A stretch of 64,000 bases of DNA from a virus. Lineage: Duplodnaviria > Caudoviricetes. Below the pieces are notes generated by a model. That model was not told the DNA's origin, did no database searches, and saw only the letters and a program-made list of their open reading frames with translations. The stretch spans positions 1 to 64,000 of the IMG/VR virus record IMGVR_UViG_3300010163_003659; one strand, written 5' to 3'. Both the position numbers and the translations under genes were made by a program. Below, piece by piece: positions 29,226 to 39,965 of the stretch (within the stretch, counting starts at the first letter, position 1; every line of letters begins with the position of its first letter).

Positions 29226-30228
29226 AGGGGTGGTTCCAAAGAAAAGCACAATGCCAGTTTTACAGGGCATTTTAGTAAAGGGAGGATATTTAATTGCCAA
29301 TAATATGGAAACGACCGTCAAGGCGAAGATAGAGGGTGCAGGGGACGAATGTTTTATCATTCCGGAGAGAGCCTTTGACCTTATCAGCAATCTTCCGGAT
29401 GGGGAAGTAGAGATTTCTGTTACGGCTCAAAATACCATAACAATTAAGGCAGATAAAATTAAGAATAAATATCAGACAATGGATCCGGAACAGTTTCCAG
29501 ATACAGCAACACAAAAGACTGAAAATCAGATGACAATTAAAGCAAATATACTTTTAGAATCCATGAAACGTGTGTCCTATGCGGTGCCGGCACAGGGAAA
29601 TAATGCGGTGATGTCTTCCATGTGTCTGCAGGCGGCAGACGGTCAGCTGAATTTTGTAGGGTTGGATGGGCATGTTTTGGCATGGGACAGGGTGGACTAT
29701 GACGGAGATTTTGAACTGCTGATACCAAAGAATACGGTAGATAAACTGAAATCGCTTGGATTGACGGGGGATGTTCAGATAACGCACAACAAGACTGGGG
29801 CAGTATTTATCACAGAGGATTTTGAGGTTTACACCAGACTGATTGAAGGAAAGTATTTCAAATACCAGACTATGTTCAAGGAACTGCCATTACATACTGT
29901 TGTATCGAGAACGGAGCTGCTGGATGCCATGACAAGGGCAAAGATGTGTACCGAGGAAAGGTGCCCAGTTAGATTTGAAATGCAGGAGGATCAGTTAAAT
30001 TTGAGCATTAAGGATAAGACTACAGATTACCATGAAACAGTGGATTTGCAGGAAAAACTTTCACAGCCTCTTACAATCGGATTTGATGCCAGATTGGTAC
30101 TGGAAACATTAAAGGCTTTTGGCTGTGACAATGTTGGTATCTCTCTTGAAGGTCCTAAAATGCCTATGATTGTTGAAGCTGAGGATAGCGATTTTAAGAC
30201 AATCGTTCTTCCTGTAGCAATAAATTAA
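29179..30228 (+). CDS. dnaN: Phage-encoded DNA polymerase III beta sliding clamp
   Basis: MPVLQGIL, GLDGHVLA, TRLIEGKY, IGFDARLVLETL, IVLPV. Confidence 0.85.
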   Translation: MVIQKKELAAKINKIKGVVPKKSTMPVLQGILVKGGYLIANNMETTVKAKIEGAGDECFIIPERAFDLISNLPDGEVEISVTAQNTITIKADKIKNKYQTMDPEQFPDTATQKTENQMTIKANILLESMKRVSYAVPAQGNNAVMSSMCLQAADGQLNFVGLDGHVLAWDRVDYDGDFELLIPKNTVDKLKSLGLTGDVQITHNKTGAVFITEDFEVYTRLIEGKYFKYQTMFKELPLHTVVSRTELLDAMTRAKMCTEERCPVRFEMQEDQLNLSIKDKTTDYHETVDLQEKLSQPLTIGFDARLVLETLKAFGCDNVGISLEGPKMPMIVEAEDSDFKTIVLPVAIN

Positions 30229-30472
30229 GCACCATGTAACAGTACCGAATTTTGGTCTCACAGGAAAAATATATCACGAAATAAAGCAGGGCGGTGGGTG
30301 CTGCCGCCCGGAAAGGAGCAGTTATGGTAACTATAATTCTTATGGTTATTGCGGTGATTCTGTTTTTAGGAATAATGGGCGATAATGAGAAGTTTAATAA
30401 ACGGACCTATTGCTTTGGCTTCATTGCCTGCGTGGTGGCAGTTGTAGCTATAGAAGCCATAGATAAATTGAT

Positions 30473-31288
30473 ATGAAAGCTATAGCAAAGTACCCAGGAA
30501 GTAAATGGTCTGTTTCGGATCGGATCATAAACTTTTTTCCAGAACATCACAGCTACCTTGAGCCGTTTTTTGGAAGTGGCGCCATATTATTTAATAAGTC
30601 GAGGTCGAACATAGAAACCGTAAATGATTTGGATGGCAATGTTGTAAATTTGTTTGAATGTATCAGAACAGATCCAGAAAGATTAGCCAGAAGCATTTAC
30701 ATGACACCTTATTCCAGAGAAGTATATGAAAAAGCTTATCATGCGATACCAGAGGATAAGTTTGAAGCTGCCTTATATTTCTATATTCGTTTGAATATGG
30801 GGCATGGTTTTCGGACAACAGGTGAAAAGGTTGGGTGGAAAAATGATGTGCAGGGCAGGGAACGTTCCTACGCATCACAGGATTGGTGCAATCTTCCGGA
30901 AAAAATTATGCAGGCAGCGGAAAGGCTTAGAGGGGTACAGATAGACAACAGACCAGCATTGGAACTGATACCACGCTTTAATTATAAAAATGTATTGATA
31001 TATTGTGATCCACCATATATGTTGAAAACTCGGCATGGGAAACAGTATAGATGTAAGATGGATGATAAAGACCATGAGGCACTTCTGGACGTGCTTTTAA
31101 AGCATAAAGGATATGCAATTATCAGTGGCTATGAAACGGAGCTTTACAATTCAATACTGGCAGGATGGAACAAATACGAAATGATTGCATATTCTCAGAC
31201 ATGCTCCAAGAAGAAAGAAGTCTTGTGGATGAATTATGAGCCACCTGGAAAACAGCTAACATTTGAGGATTTAGGAGGGTTTGGATGA
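30473..31288 (+). CDS. Dam-family (D12) DNA adenine methyltransferase
   Basis: KYPGSK, EPFFGSGA, NDLD, YCDPPY. Confidence 0.9.
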   Translation: MKAIAKYPGSKWSVSDRIINFFPEHHSYLEPFFGSGAILFNKSRSNIETVNDLDGNVVNLFECIRTDPERLARSIYMTPYSREVYEKAYHAIPEDKFEAALYFYIRLNMGHGFRTTGEKVGWKNDVQGRERSYASQDWCNLPEKIMQAAERLRGVQIDNRPALELIPRFNYKNVLIYCDPPYMLKTRHGKQYRCKMDDKDHEALLDVLLKHKGYAIISGYETELYNSILAGWNKYEMIAYSQTCSKKKEVLWMNYEPPGKQLTFEDLGGFG

Positions 31289-31433
31289 AAGCATTTTATA
31301 CATTGTTAGGATGTATTGTTTGGAACAGAGTAATGGAAACAGTGAAACGCATCCAGAGTTTGAGTGACGAGGAATTTAATAGGATGATGCAAAGTGTAGG
31401 GCCAGAGGAAAAGAAAATGGCAATAACAATTAG

Positions 31434-31905
31434 ATGTATTGGGAGGTTAGGATAATGGGTGATTGGAAAAAAGTTTGCAGATGTAAGGAATGCGGAGAAA
31501 TATACCCCAAGGGGATTCCTCTTAATTGTAGAAAATGTGGAACAGAAATAGGAGCAACAACACCGGCCATTCTGCAAATGCTTGGACAGGGAGAAGTTAC
31601 ACTTACCAAAAAGTGCGAGAAAGTAATTGCCAAACGAGGTTTCTTTGGATGGAAAGTAAAAGAAAGTGAAAGCGAAGGTGATAGCAAAAATGAAGATATG
31701 TCCTAAATGCGGCAGGAGTTTTGAAAGGCTTCTGGCATTATCGAGAACTGATAATAAAACCATGATTTGTGATGAATGCGGAACTATGGAGGCTTTGGAC
31801 AGTCTGCCACATGGGGTCCTAACACCACAGGAGCGTACAAAGATAGCAGTAGCAGCGACAGGGAATAAGTGGGCGATGGAAAATTTCAATGCCACACATA
31901 ACTAG
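31434..31905 (+). CDS. Two small Zn-finger phage ORFs (31434-31706, 31666-31905)
   Basis: CKECG/CRKCG and CPKCG/CDECG motifs. Confidence 0.55.
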
Positions 31906-31914
31906 GAGGTTTGT

Positions 31915-32610
31915 ATGGATGCTGAGGAAACAAAGAGGCAAAAAGCAAGGCAGCTTAGGTATAAAAAGCCAATAGCAAAGAACCTAAATTTAATGACTAT
32001 CCGAGAGGAGCTGTGGGATATTCAAGAGGAATGCGAAGATGTTCATTGGTATGCTGATACAGACGAAGAAACTTTAATAAATGCGCTGGATGGAAACGAA
32101 GATGAAGCATACGAATTTAGAATGATGTTCGGAGACCTATGTGCTGAATGCGAAAGAATGCTTGAAGACTTAAACGAAGAATGGATTCCTGATTGTTTCG
32201 ATCAGTTTTTTGTGGCAATAGGAGCTGGTGAGGATTTTGGAGGGCTTTTAGGATACGATTCCTATGAACAGGACTATTTCGGTTTATCCTGTACTGATGC
32301 CTATGCAGAGGATGAAAGCAAAAAAATTCTCAAACGACTGACAAAAGATGATTTGATAGCGGCGGCCAGACAGTGCTTTAAGGTTTACCAATCATTTATA
32401 GCATTAAGGCACAGGTATGATTGCCTAAAAGCTGCTATTGATATCCTACGAGATCAGAATACTGGTTATCTGCAGATGGTTAAGCAGATAGAAGAAGCAT
32501 ATGAAAAAGCCGAAAAAGAATCACTCGGATTTCGTTTTGACTTTGGTGAAGGGGTAAGGGAGTTGGATAGGATTTTAGGAAACATGCCACAAGAAGCATG
32601 GATACAATGA
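31915..32610 (+). CDS. Acidic hypothetical phage protein
   Basis: AGGAGG RBS, long ORF. Confidence 0.7.
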   Translation: MDAEETKRQKARQLRYKKPIAKNLNLMTIREELWDIQEECEDVHWYADTDEETLINALDGNEDEAYEFRMMFGDLCAECERMLEDLNEEWIPDCFDQFFVAIGAGEDFGGLLGYDSYEQDYFGLSCTDAYAEDESKKILKRLTKDDLIAAARQCFKVYQSFIALRHRYDCLKAAIDILRDQNTGYLQMVKQIEEAYEKAEKESLGFRFDFGEGVRELDRILGNMPQEAWIQ

Positions 32611-32622
32611 GGAAATATCGAG

Positions 32623-33441
32623 ATGAAAGGGCAGCTGAGATTTGATGAATTCATGAATATATCAGAGGAAAAACCACAGCAGGAAATCAACGGGTGCGTT
32701 AAGCAGAGAACTCCGATGGCGGATCCATGTTATTACTGTTTGTGCAATTCCTGTATAAACAATGCAGAAAGTACAACAGTTAACCTGGGTGGGGATAAAT
32801 TTCCGAATGATTGGGAGGCGTGTTTCTTTTGCGATGATTGTCGGAAATTTGATGGCAACACTGCAAAAAGAAATATGGAAAGGGAACAATGTGATAGGTA
32901 TGAAATTGATGATTATCATGCGAAAAAGAACCGAAAGAAATTCAAAGTTGTCAAGTGATTTAAGAGATATGTAACTCTTTTACATAACTGGAATACGGAA
33001 GGAAGAAGTATGGATGTAAATAAAATCGATGGAGAGCAATATTGTATGTACTGCAATTACTGGAAAAAAGTTGATGGTAGGTGTCAGTGCATTCATAAAA
33101 AAGCAAAGAAGTGTTGGTTTGCAAATCAGCTCAACGGATGCGATTGTTTTGAAGGAGAATTGCAACCAAAGCAGGACTGGTCAAAAGCATGGTCTGTCGG
33201 ATATAGACCAAGCACATTCAGCAAATAGGAGGCAACGACTATGGCTCATAAAGAAAAGTATTGTATGTACTGGTACTGTAAAAGGAACGGAGGAACTACT
33301 TGCTGGGACTGGGGAAATAAATGGGCAGGAAGACCTTGCCCTAATGATGAACGTTGTGAAAAGTATCGAATCTGTAAAAACTGCAATGGTGTTATGGGAG
33401 AGTGCCGGACATACCAGAAAGTGAAGCGGGGTGAATTGTAA
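32623..33441 (+). CDS. Three small Cys-rich ORFs (32623-32958, 33010-33228, 33241-33441)
   Basis: Each has an RBS; multiple CxxC motifs. Confidence 0.5.
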
Positions 33442-34652
33442 TGTATAAGCAAAGTCAATTATGGTTTTTCTTCCGATTTCTCCAGGAGGTAGAAAAGGAA
33501 CTATCCAAAGAAGAGGAAAAGCAGGTGATGATTGAAAAAGCTATCAATTTGAAGCTCATGTGTGATTATGTTGTCAGCTGTTCCTATGGTGATATTGTTC
33601 TGATTATCTGTATGCTGCGCGATTATGTGAAAATGCTGGATGAGGTAAGAAGTGACATTCAATGGGAGGTTTACTACCGAGAGAAATTTATCAAAATGGC
33701 AGATAGGTTGTCAGAACAGATTGAATACGATTATGATGCGGCATTGGAAAAGTGCAAAAAGAAATTAGAGAAAAAAGAAAGCTCTAGTGATGTTGGTGAA
33801 GAGGCTATGGCCCTGGCGGTGAAGCATACCAAAGGAAAGAAAACGAGGAAAGAAAAGGAGGGCTTGAATGGAAAGAATTGATTGTGAAAAGTGCAGAAAT
33901 GGACACTTTTATGAAGGCGATAAATTACGTTGCAGGCTAAGGAAATGTCAACCAGATTATGAGGATATGCAGGAGGCGAGGCAAGCATTATGCAAAGCTT
34001 TCCCAAAGAGTTTTATAAACAAGAAAGATGAATTCATTGCTGAGGAAAGAAGTAATCAATATTTTATGCTGAGTGATTGTGAATATCCAGAAGATATAGA
34101 TTGCAAAGTATTGGAATGGTTATCGAGGGCTGCATGCAAAGGAGCTCCCTTTAATCAGGAGTGGAGAAATCGTAAATTCAGAAAATTTATGTTGGATGGA
34201 ATAAATAATTTTCTTGACACAAATTTTTCTGAGGAAGAGATGGGAGAAATATATACATATTTAGGGAATGCATGCAACCATACGAAAACCATGCAATTTG
34301 TAGAAAGCGGTTTTGATATAAAAGTTTTGAAGGAGGTGGCAACATAATGAACATTAATGATTTGATTTGTGAACTTTTAGAAGAGCCTGTGACACAAGAG
34401 GATAATGGCATAGAGTTCACAAGCAGAAGCGTAGAGCTGATACATGAAATTGCAGAAATGTGTAATGAGATTCCCATTGTGCAGAAGACAAAGGAGCAGG
34501 CGGAAGACTACGCAGAGGGGTTATCTGCAGAGCAGGTATATATGGATATGCTAGTTAAGATTGTGGAGGCACCGACGGCAATTCACATGAAAATGTCGGC
34601 AAAAATGCTGATACCGATTATAAGTCGGAAGCTGAAAGAGAGGGGATTGTGA
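33441..34652 (+). CDS. Three coupled hypothetical phage ORFs (33441-33881, 33868-34347, 34347-34652)
   Basis: Overlapping start/stop codons with RBSs. Confidence 0.6.
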
Positions 34653-35206
34653 TGGATAGAAAAAAGACAACGGAGTTCCTTGGGAACTTGCTCATTTCAG
34701 ATAGGTTTGGAGGAATAGGAAAATATTGGGCGAAGGAAGTCAGCATAGATCCATGGGCGGCCAAAGGCAAACCTAAAAGGGTTGACTATATGCAATTCGT
34801 TCCAGCTGGGCAGTGCTCTGTGTCAGATATAGAAAAAGGTATATTTGTCTGCTATGAAATCAAGAGCTGCAAGCAGGATGTTTACAGTGGAAACGGATTA
34901 AATTTTCTCGGAGAGAAGAACTACATAGTGACAACAATGGAATGTTATAAAGACTTGTTGCAGGATTTTCGAGATGGAACATTTGCAAGACATCTGCACG
35001 AAGTAGCTCCAGAATCATCTTCGCATTTTGGAATAATGGTAGCAATACCTTTTATGTCTGAAATGACGGATGAATTTGAAAATCCAACAGAAATTGATTG
35101 TGAGAATGGTCGATGGAAGCTGGCCGTTATACAGCAATGTGTCCCAGGACTAAGAAAAAAACCAATGACAGAGCTATTGTTTTGTATGCTGAGAAGTGGG
35201 CATTAA
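34649..35206 (+). CDS. PD-(D/E)XK (MmcB-like) nuclease-fold protein
   Basis: WAKEV...RVDYM...CYEIKSCKQD...NYIV. Confidence 0.65.
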   Translation: MMDRKKTTEFLGNLLISDRFGGIGKYWAKEVSIDPWAAKGKPKRVDYMQFVPAGQCSVSDIEKGIFVCYEIKSCKQDVYSGNGLNFLGEKNYIVTTMECYKDLLQDFRDGTFARHLHEVAPESSSHFGIMVAIPFMSEMTDEFENPTEIDCENGRWKLAVIQQCVPGLRKKPMTELLFCMLRSGH

Positions 35207-35963
35207 AGAATGGGAGGAATGTAGAGTGATAAGACCTATTTTGTTTAATACAGACATGGTTAAATCAGTATTGGACGGAAGAAAAACAGTAACTAGACGA
35301 TGTGTAAAAGCAAAGAGCAAAAATGCTTGTGGGTTCTATGTTACATTCAGAAAATCAGACAATGCGTTTATGGGTGTATATGATTATGACGAAAATGAAA
35401 TGCAGTATGATAATCAACAGACACAGCCTGCATATCCGGGAGATATTCTATGGGTAAGAGAAACATGGAGAGTAGGGGCATGGGACATTCAAAATCAAAT
35501 GATAGCATTTGATTATAAAGATGGAACCTGCGGAGAACTTACATACATACATGACAGGGAATTGCTTGAAAGACTGGTAAACCAATCAAGAGAGAATGCC
35601 CAAAAAGCCGGGTGCAAATACAATGGTGCTGATTTTATCTGGAAAAAAGGGAAATCTCCTTGCCGGTGGCATCCTTCTATCCACATGTCAAAAGAAGCGG
35701 CTCGTATCTGGCTCAAGGTTACGGATGTGAGAGTGGAGCGGTTACAGGATATAAGTGGTATGGATGTATTAAAAGAGGGAGTTAATAGCCATGTGCATCC
35801 AGAAGCGGACTATTTTGACGTGAATCAACGAGAAATGTTTCAAAGTCTATGGAATTCCACAATAGATAAAAAGCAGATTGATACATACGGATGGGAAGCT
35901 AATCCATGGGTGTGGGTGATAGAATTTGAACGGTGCGAAAAACCAGAGGGGTGGTGCGTATGA
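35196..35963 (+). CDS. ASCH-like phage protein
   Basis: PILFNTDMV..LDGRKTVTRR, LWVRETW, WHPSIHM, VERLQDI, NPWVWVIEF. Confidence 0.75.
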   Translation: MGIKEWEECRVIRPILFNTDMVKSVLDGRKTVTRRCVKAKSKNACGFYVTFRKSDNAFMGVYDYDENEMQYDNQQTQPAYPGDILWVRETWRVGAWDIQNQMIAFDYKDGTCGELTYIHDRELLERLVNQSRENAQKAGCKYNGADFIWKKGKSPCRWHPSIHMSKEAARIWLKVTDVRVERLQDISGMDVLKEGVNSHVHPEADYFDVNQREMFQSLWNSTIDKKQIDTYGWEANPWVWVIEFERCEKPEGWCV

Positions 35964-36163
35964 TTTGCCTGAATTGTGGAAGAAAACTAAGAAGTGCAGC
36001 AAGCAGGGAGGCGGGGTATGGACCTGTCTGCTACAGAAAAATGTTCGGTACCAGCCTGCGAAGCAGTCGCAAAGACAGTGTTTCAGTGACGGCTGATACC
36101 CCCTACTACAATATCCCTGGTCAAATGACGATGGATGAATACCTGCAGAGAGATTCAGAATGA
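35960..36163 (+). CDS. DUF6011-like Zn-finger protein
   Basis: CLNCGRKL...SREAGYGPVC. Confidence 0.7.
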   Translation: MICLNCGRKLRSAASREAGYGPVCYRKMFGTSLRSSRKDSVSVTADTPYYNIPGQMTMDEYLQRDSE

Positions 36164-36263
36164 ATGGAAAAAGGAGAGTGCTTTCGCAACCCTCCCAACA
36201 GACAGTTATATTATATCATAATTCGATATGAATTAGAAATAAATTTCAAGGAGGTGCGAAAGC

Positions 36264-36854
36264 ATGGATAGCCAGACAACAGACAATAAGACTTTAGTGG
36301 TTCTGACACATGAACAGCTAAAGGATATTTATGAGAATGCGGCTGCTATTGGAGCGAAAGAGGCTCTGAAAATGTTCGAGCAGGAACGGAAGAAAGAGCA
36401 GGGGAAAAGAGCGGATCGGCGGCTGAGGAATACCAAGCTGCTGCTTCGTAATTATCATATGCTGAAGGAACACGCAGAAAATTCAGTTTTTGGAAGAACT
36501 CAGATGGAGGAATCCGCAATAGATATTCTGGAATCAATGATGTCAATGTACGACAATGAGGTAATTATCGAAAGCATAAAGCGGAGCGCCACCAGAACTG
36601 CAGTTATTGTTTCCCATATAGAAACAATGTTTGGGCTGTATGAGGCGTATTGTGGCAAGGCTCCAAACCGGGAAATTGAAATGAGGCGGTACGAGGTTGT
36701 ATGGGATATGTATATGGCGGATAATACCTTATCGGCAAAGGAGATTGCAGATAAGCAGAACATATCTACTAGAAATGTATATGAGGACATCAAAGTTGCG
36801 ACAGAAAGATTATCAGCCCTTATTTTTGGGGTGGATGGATTGAAAGTTCATTAA
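36264..36854 (+). CDS. Late-gene transcription regulator (ArpU/RinA position; C-terminal sigma-region-4-like HTH)
   Basis: TKLLLRNY; LSAKEIADKQNISTRNVYEDI; last gene before the late region. Confidence 0.7.
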   Translation: MDSQTTDNKTLVVLTHEQLKDIYENAAAIGAKEALKMFEQERKKEQGKRADRRLRNTKLLLRNYHMLKEHAENSVFGRTQMEESAIDILESMMSMYDNEVIIESIKRSATRTAVIVSHIETMFGLYEAYCGKAPNREIEMRRYEVVWDMYMADNTLSAKEIADKQNISTRNVYEDIKVATERLSALIFGVDGLKVH

Positions 36855-36939
36855 ATCCGCCATCTGCAAAAATTCTTCCTTGATTTTTCAATATAAAAGT
36901 GAGAAAATTGTACTCGTAAAATTCTGAATCGAACATCGG

Positions 36940-36971
36940 AGGAAGTCTGAGGCTATCGGACTTCCTTTTTT
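36940..36971 (+). terminator. Intrinsic terminator in the late-operon leader
   Basis: AGGAAGTCTGA-GGCTA-TCGGACTTCCT followed by a T run. Confidence 0.65.
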
Positions 36972-37051
36972 CGTGCAGTTTTTCCGAGAAAGGAGAGAAT
37001 CAGACACAGGAAAGCATGAAGCTCCTCCAATATAAAAAATGGAGGAAAAGC

Positions 37052-38437
37052 ATGGATTATACTTTGATTGTGCTGTTGACCTATGCAGTAACAATGTTTG
37101 GGGTAACAGTATTTATGACGAAAAAAGAGAACAATATCGAGAAATTCTGTGTTGGAAACAGGAATGCCGGCTGGATGGTGTCGGCATTGAGCATAGCTGC
37201 CACATGGATATGGGCGCCAGCTCTGTTCACATCAACTGAGAATGCCTACACAAAGGGTTTTGCAGGGCTCTTTTGGTTTCTGGTACCGAACGTACTGTGT
37301 CTGATATTGTTCATTCCCTTTGCAAAGAAGATAAGGGAAGAAATGCCGGAGGGAATTACATTGTCCGGCTATATGTATGGGAAATATCATTCCAAAGCTG
37401 TGAAAAACGTATATCTGTTCCAACTCGGCGCATTGTCGGCATTATCAACGGGAGTGCAGCTGTTGGCGGGCAGCAAGATATTAAGTATGCTTACCGGGAT
37501 ACCGTTCGCAGCTATGACAATTATTATGGCTGCGATTGCATTTTCATACTCACAGTTCTCCGGGATAAAAGCATCAATACTGACAGATGCGCTCCAGATG
37601 GTATTCATGTTGGCCGCCAGCATCGGTTTTGTTGCTTTTGGTGTAAAGAATGGTGGAGGGTTGGAAACACTGGTTACGGGTTTAGGAGGAGCCGCAGGGG
37701 ATGCCGGATCATTATTCTCAAAGAGAGGATGGGAAATCTTTTTAGGATTCGGACTTCCAACAACGATAGGACTTATCTCAGGACCGTTTGGAGACCAGTG
37801 CTTTTGGCAGAGGGCATTTTGTGTTAGAAAAGACAGAATAGGTAGGGCTTTCTTTGTGGGAGCGCTGCTGTTTGGGATTGTGCCTTTGTCAATGGGTGTG
37901 CTTGGCTTTATCGGTTCTGGCATGGGATATGTCGCAGCGGATACCGGAATAATCAATTTTGAATTGATAAGCACACTATTCCCGGCATGGGCGGTCATCC
38001 CGTTCCTGTTTATGATTGTATCGGGGCTGCTGTCGACGATAGATAGCAACTTGTGTGCAATATCATCCCTCACAACAGACATTTTCAAGGAAAAGACACT
38101 CGGAAAAACAAAGTTCGCTATGATTTTACTGTTGGCTGTTGGAATTACCGTAGCCAACATACCAGGATTGACAGTAACGCACCTGTTCCTGATGTACGGA
38201 ACATTAAGGGCTGCTACCCTGCTCCCGACGATATTTACCCTTAAAGGAATAGAATTGAAACCGAGGGGAATTGTTGCAGGAATTATATCTGCTTTGATTA
38301 TCGGCTTGCCGATATTCGGATATGGAAATATACAGGGAATTGCGATTTATAAGACCGCAGGCAGTCTTTTGACAGTTATTCTTTCTGGAGCGGTGGCTCT
38401 GGCAGTAAGCAGAAAGAGAGGTGTACGGAATGGGTGA
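37052..38437 (+). CDS. Sodium:solute symporter (SSS) family protein
   Basis: About 13 TM segments; ALSIAATWIWA, GDQCFWQR, GLLSTIDS. Confidence 0.85.
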   Translation: MDYTLIVLLTYAVTMFGVTVFMTKKENNIEKFCVGNRNAGWMVSALSIAATWIWAPALFTSTENAYTKGFAGLFWFLVPNVLCLILFIPFAKKIREEMPEGITLSGYMYGKYHSKAVKNVYLFQLGALSALSTGVQLLAGSKILSMLTGIPFAAMTIIMAAIAFSYSQFSGIKASILTDALQMVFMLAASIGFVAFGVKNGGGLETLVTGLGGAAGDAGSLFSKRGWEIFLGFGLPTTIGLISGPFGDQCFWQRAFCVRKDRIGRAFFVGALLFGIVPLSMGVLGFIGSGMGYVAADTGIINFELISTLFPAWAVIPFLFMIVSGLLSTIDSNLCAISSLTTDIFKEKTLGKTKFAMILLLAVGITVANIPGLTVTHLFLMYGTLRAATLLPTIFTLKGIELKPRGIVAGIISALIIGLPIFGYGNIQGIAIYKTAGSLLTVILSGAVALAVSRKRGVRNG

Positions 38438-39215
38438 TGTACTTGGCAGAAAGCAGAGGATACAAAACTCTGATTGGATAGATGCATTTGGGAAAATAGA
38501 ACAGCTGGTGTCGAAGAAGGAACTGGATCAGCTGGTCGAAAAGACAGTAAAAGAGATTAAGAAGAAAACCAAAGGGAAGAAGGCCGCCTATGCATGGAGC
38601 GGTGGAAAGGATTCCCTGGTACTCGGTGAAATCTGCCAGCGGGCAGGGATAACCCCTTGCGTCCTCGTAATCAGTAATTTGGAGTATAAAGCATTTATAG
38701 AATGGGTAGAGGGGCATAAGCCTCCGGAATTGTCCATAATCAACACAGGGCAGGATATAAAATGGTTGGCCGATCATCTGCAGATGCTTTTCCCACAGGA
38801 CAGCAAATTTGCGGCAAGGTGGTTTCAGATTGTACAGCATAGAGGTCAAACAAAATATTACAAGGAGCAGGAACTGGATATGCTGCTGCTTGGAAGGCGG
38901 AGAGCTGACGGAAATTATGTTGGCAAGGGAGATAACATTTACACCAACGGACAGGGGGTAACAAGATACAGTCCCATGTCTGATTGGACGCATGAGCAGG
39001 TGTTGGCATATATCCATTATTATAATCTGGAAATGCCGCCGATTTATGACTGGAAAAACGGTTATCTCTGCGGAACGCATCCATGGCCGGCAAGGCAGTG
39101 GACCGGGAGCGTGGAAAATGCCTGGGCAGAAATTTACGAGATTGACAGCTCCATTGTAACCGAGGCGGCAGAGCATATCCAGAGTGCAAAAGACTTTCTG
39201 GAAAGCCTTAAATAA
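38430..39215 (+). CDS. PAPS-reductase-like PP-loop protein
   Basis: AWSGGKDS, LGRRRADG, SPMSDWT. Confidence 0.8.
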   Translation: MGDVLGRKQRIQNSDWIDAFGKIEQLVSKKELDQLVEKTVKEIKKKTKGKKAAYAWSGGKDSLVLGEICQRAGITPCVLVISNLEYKAFIEWVEGHKPPELSIINTGQDIKWLADHLQMLFPQDSKFAARWFQIVQHRGQTKYYKEQELDMLLLGRRRADGNYVGKGDNIYTNGQGVTRYSPMSDWTHEQVLAYIHYYNLEMPPIYDWKNGYLCGTHPWPARQWTGSVENAWAEIYEIDSSIVTEAAEHIQSAKDFLESLK

Positions 39216-39338
39216 ATACGCTGACATTTGACAGCACTTGCAAGCGGTTGTTTGCAGGCTGTCTTTTTGCTATTTGCAGATAGCACATATATATCATACA
39301 TCAATCGTTCCTCCAATAAATCACAGGAGGATACGAAC

Positions 39339-39965
39339 ATGGAAATAACCACAATGAAACTGGCTGACCTTGTTAAGCCGGAGAAGAATGTCAGAATCCA
39401 TACCGAACAGCAGCTGAAGGAGTTTAGGCGCAGCGTGAAGATGTTCGGACAGATCCGCCCTATTGTTGTTGACGAGAACAACATCATTCTGGCGGGAAAT
39501 GGTCTGTACGATACACTCATTGCTATGGGGAAAGAAACAGCAGATGTATATCGGTATGACAATCTCACTGAAAATCAGAAAAAGAAGCTGATGATAGCAG
39601 ACAACAAGATTTTCAGCCTGGGTATTGAGAACTTGGAAACACTGAACAGCTTTTTGGAGGACCTGCAGGGAGATTTGGATATCCCTGGCTTTGATGAAGA
39701 AATCTTAAAGCAGATGGTCTCCGAGGCTGAGGATATTACAGATAAGCTCTCCGAATATGGAACGCTTGATGATGAAGAGATTCAGAGTATCAAGGAAAAT
39801 GCTGAAAGGAAAGAGCAGCAGATACAAAAGATTGAATCAGGACAGGAGCAGACGCCACAATCGGCGCTTCCGTCACAGCAGGATCCAGAGGGAGGTAATG
39901 AAGAAACCACCGAAGTAAGAAAATTCGTTACCTGTCCTAATTGCGGAGAAAAGATATGGCTATAA
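39339..39965 (+). CDS. ParB/Srx N-terminal domain protein with C-terminal Zn ribbon
   Basis: NVRIH...FGQIRPIVVDENNIILAGNG, IADNK, CPNCG. Confidence 0.8.
   Translation: MEITTMKLADLVKPEKNVRIHTEQQLKEFRRSVKMFGQIRPIVVDENNIILAGNGLYDTLIAMGKETADVYRYDNLTENQKKKLMIADNKIFSLGIENLETLNSFLEDLQGDLDIPGFDEEILKQMVSEAEDITDKLSEYGTLDDEEIQSIKENAERKEQQIQKIESGQEQTPQSALPSQQDPEGGNEETTEVRKFVTCPNCGEKIWL

Noticed and set aside
36860-37050. Riboswitch controlling the symporter
   Set aside because: A terminator is visible, but I cannot recognise any aptamer consensus; more likely a late-operon leader. An Rfam search would settle it.
37387-39227. Minus-strand ORFs 37387-38160 and 38376-39227
   Set aside because: Antisense shadows of the symporter and PAPS-reductase genes.
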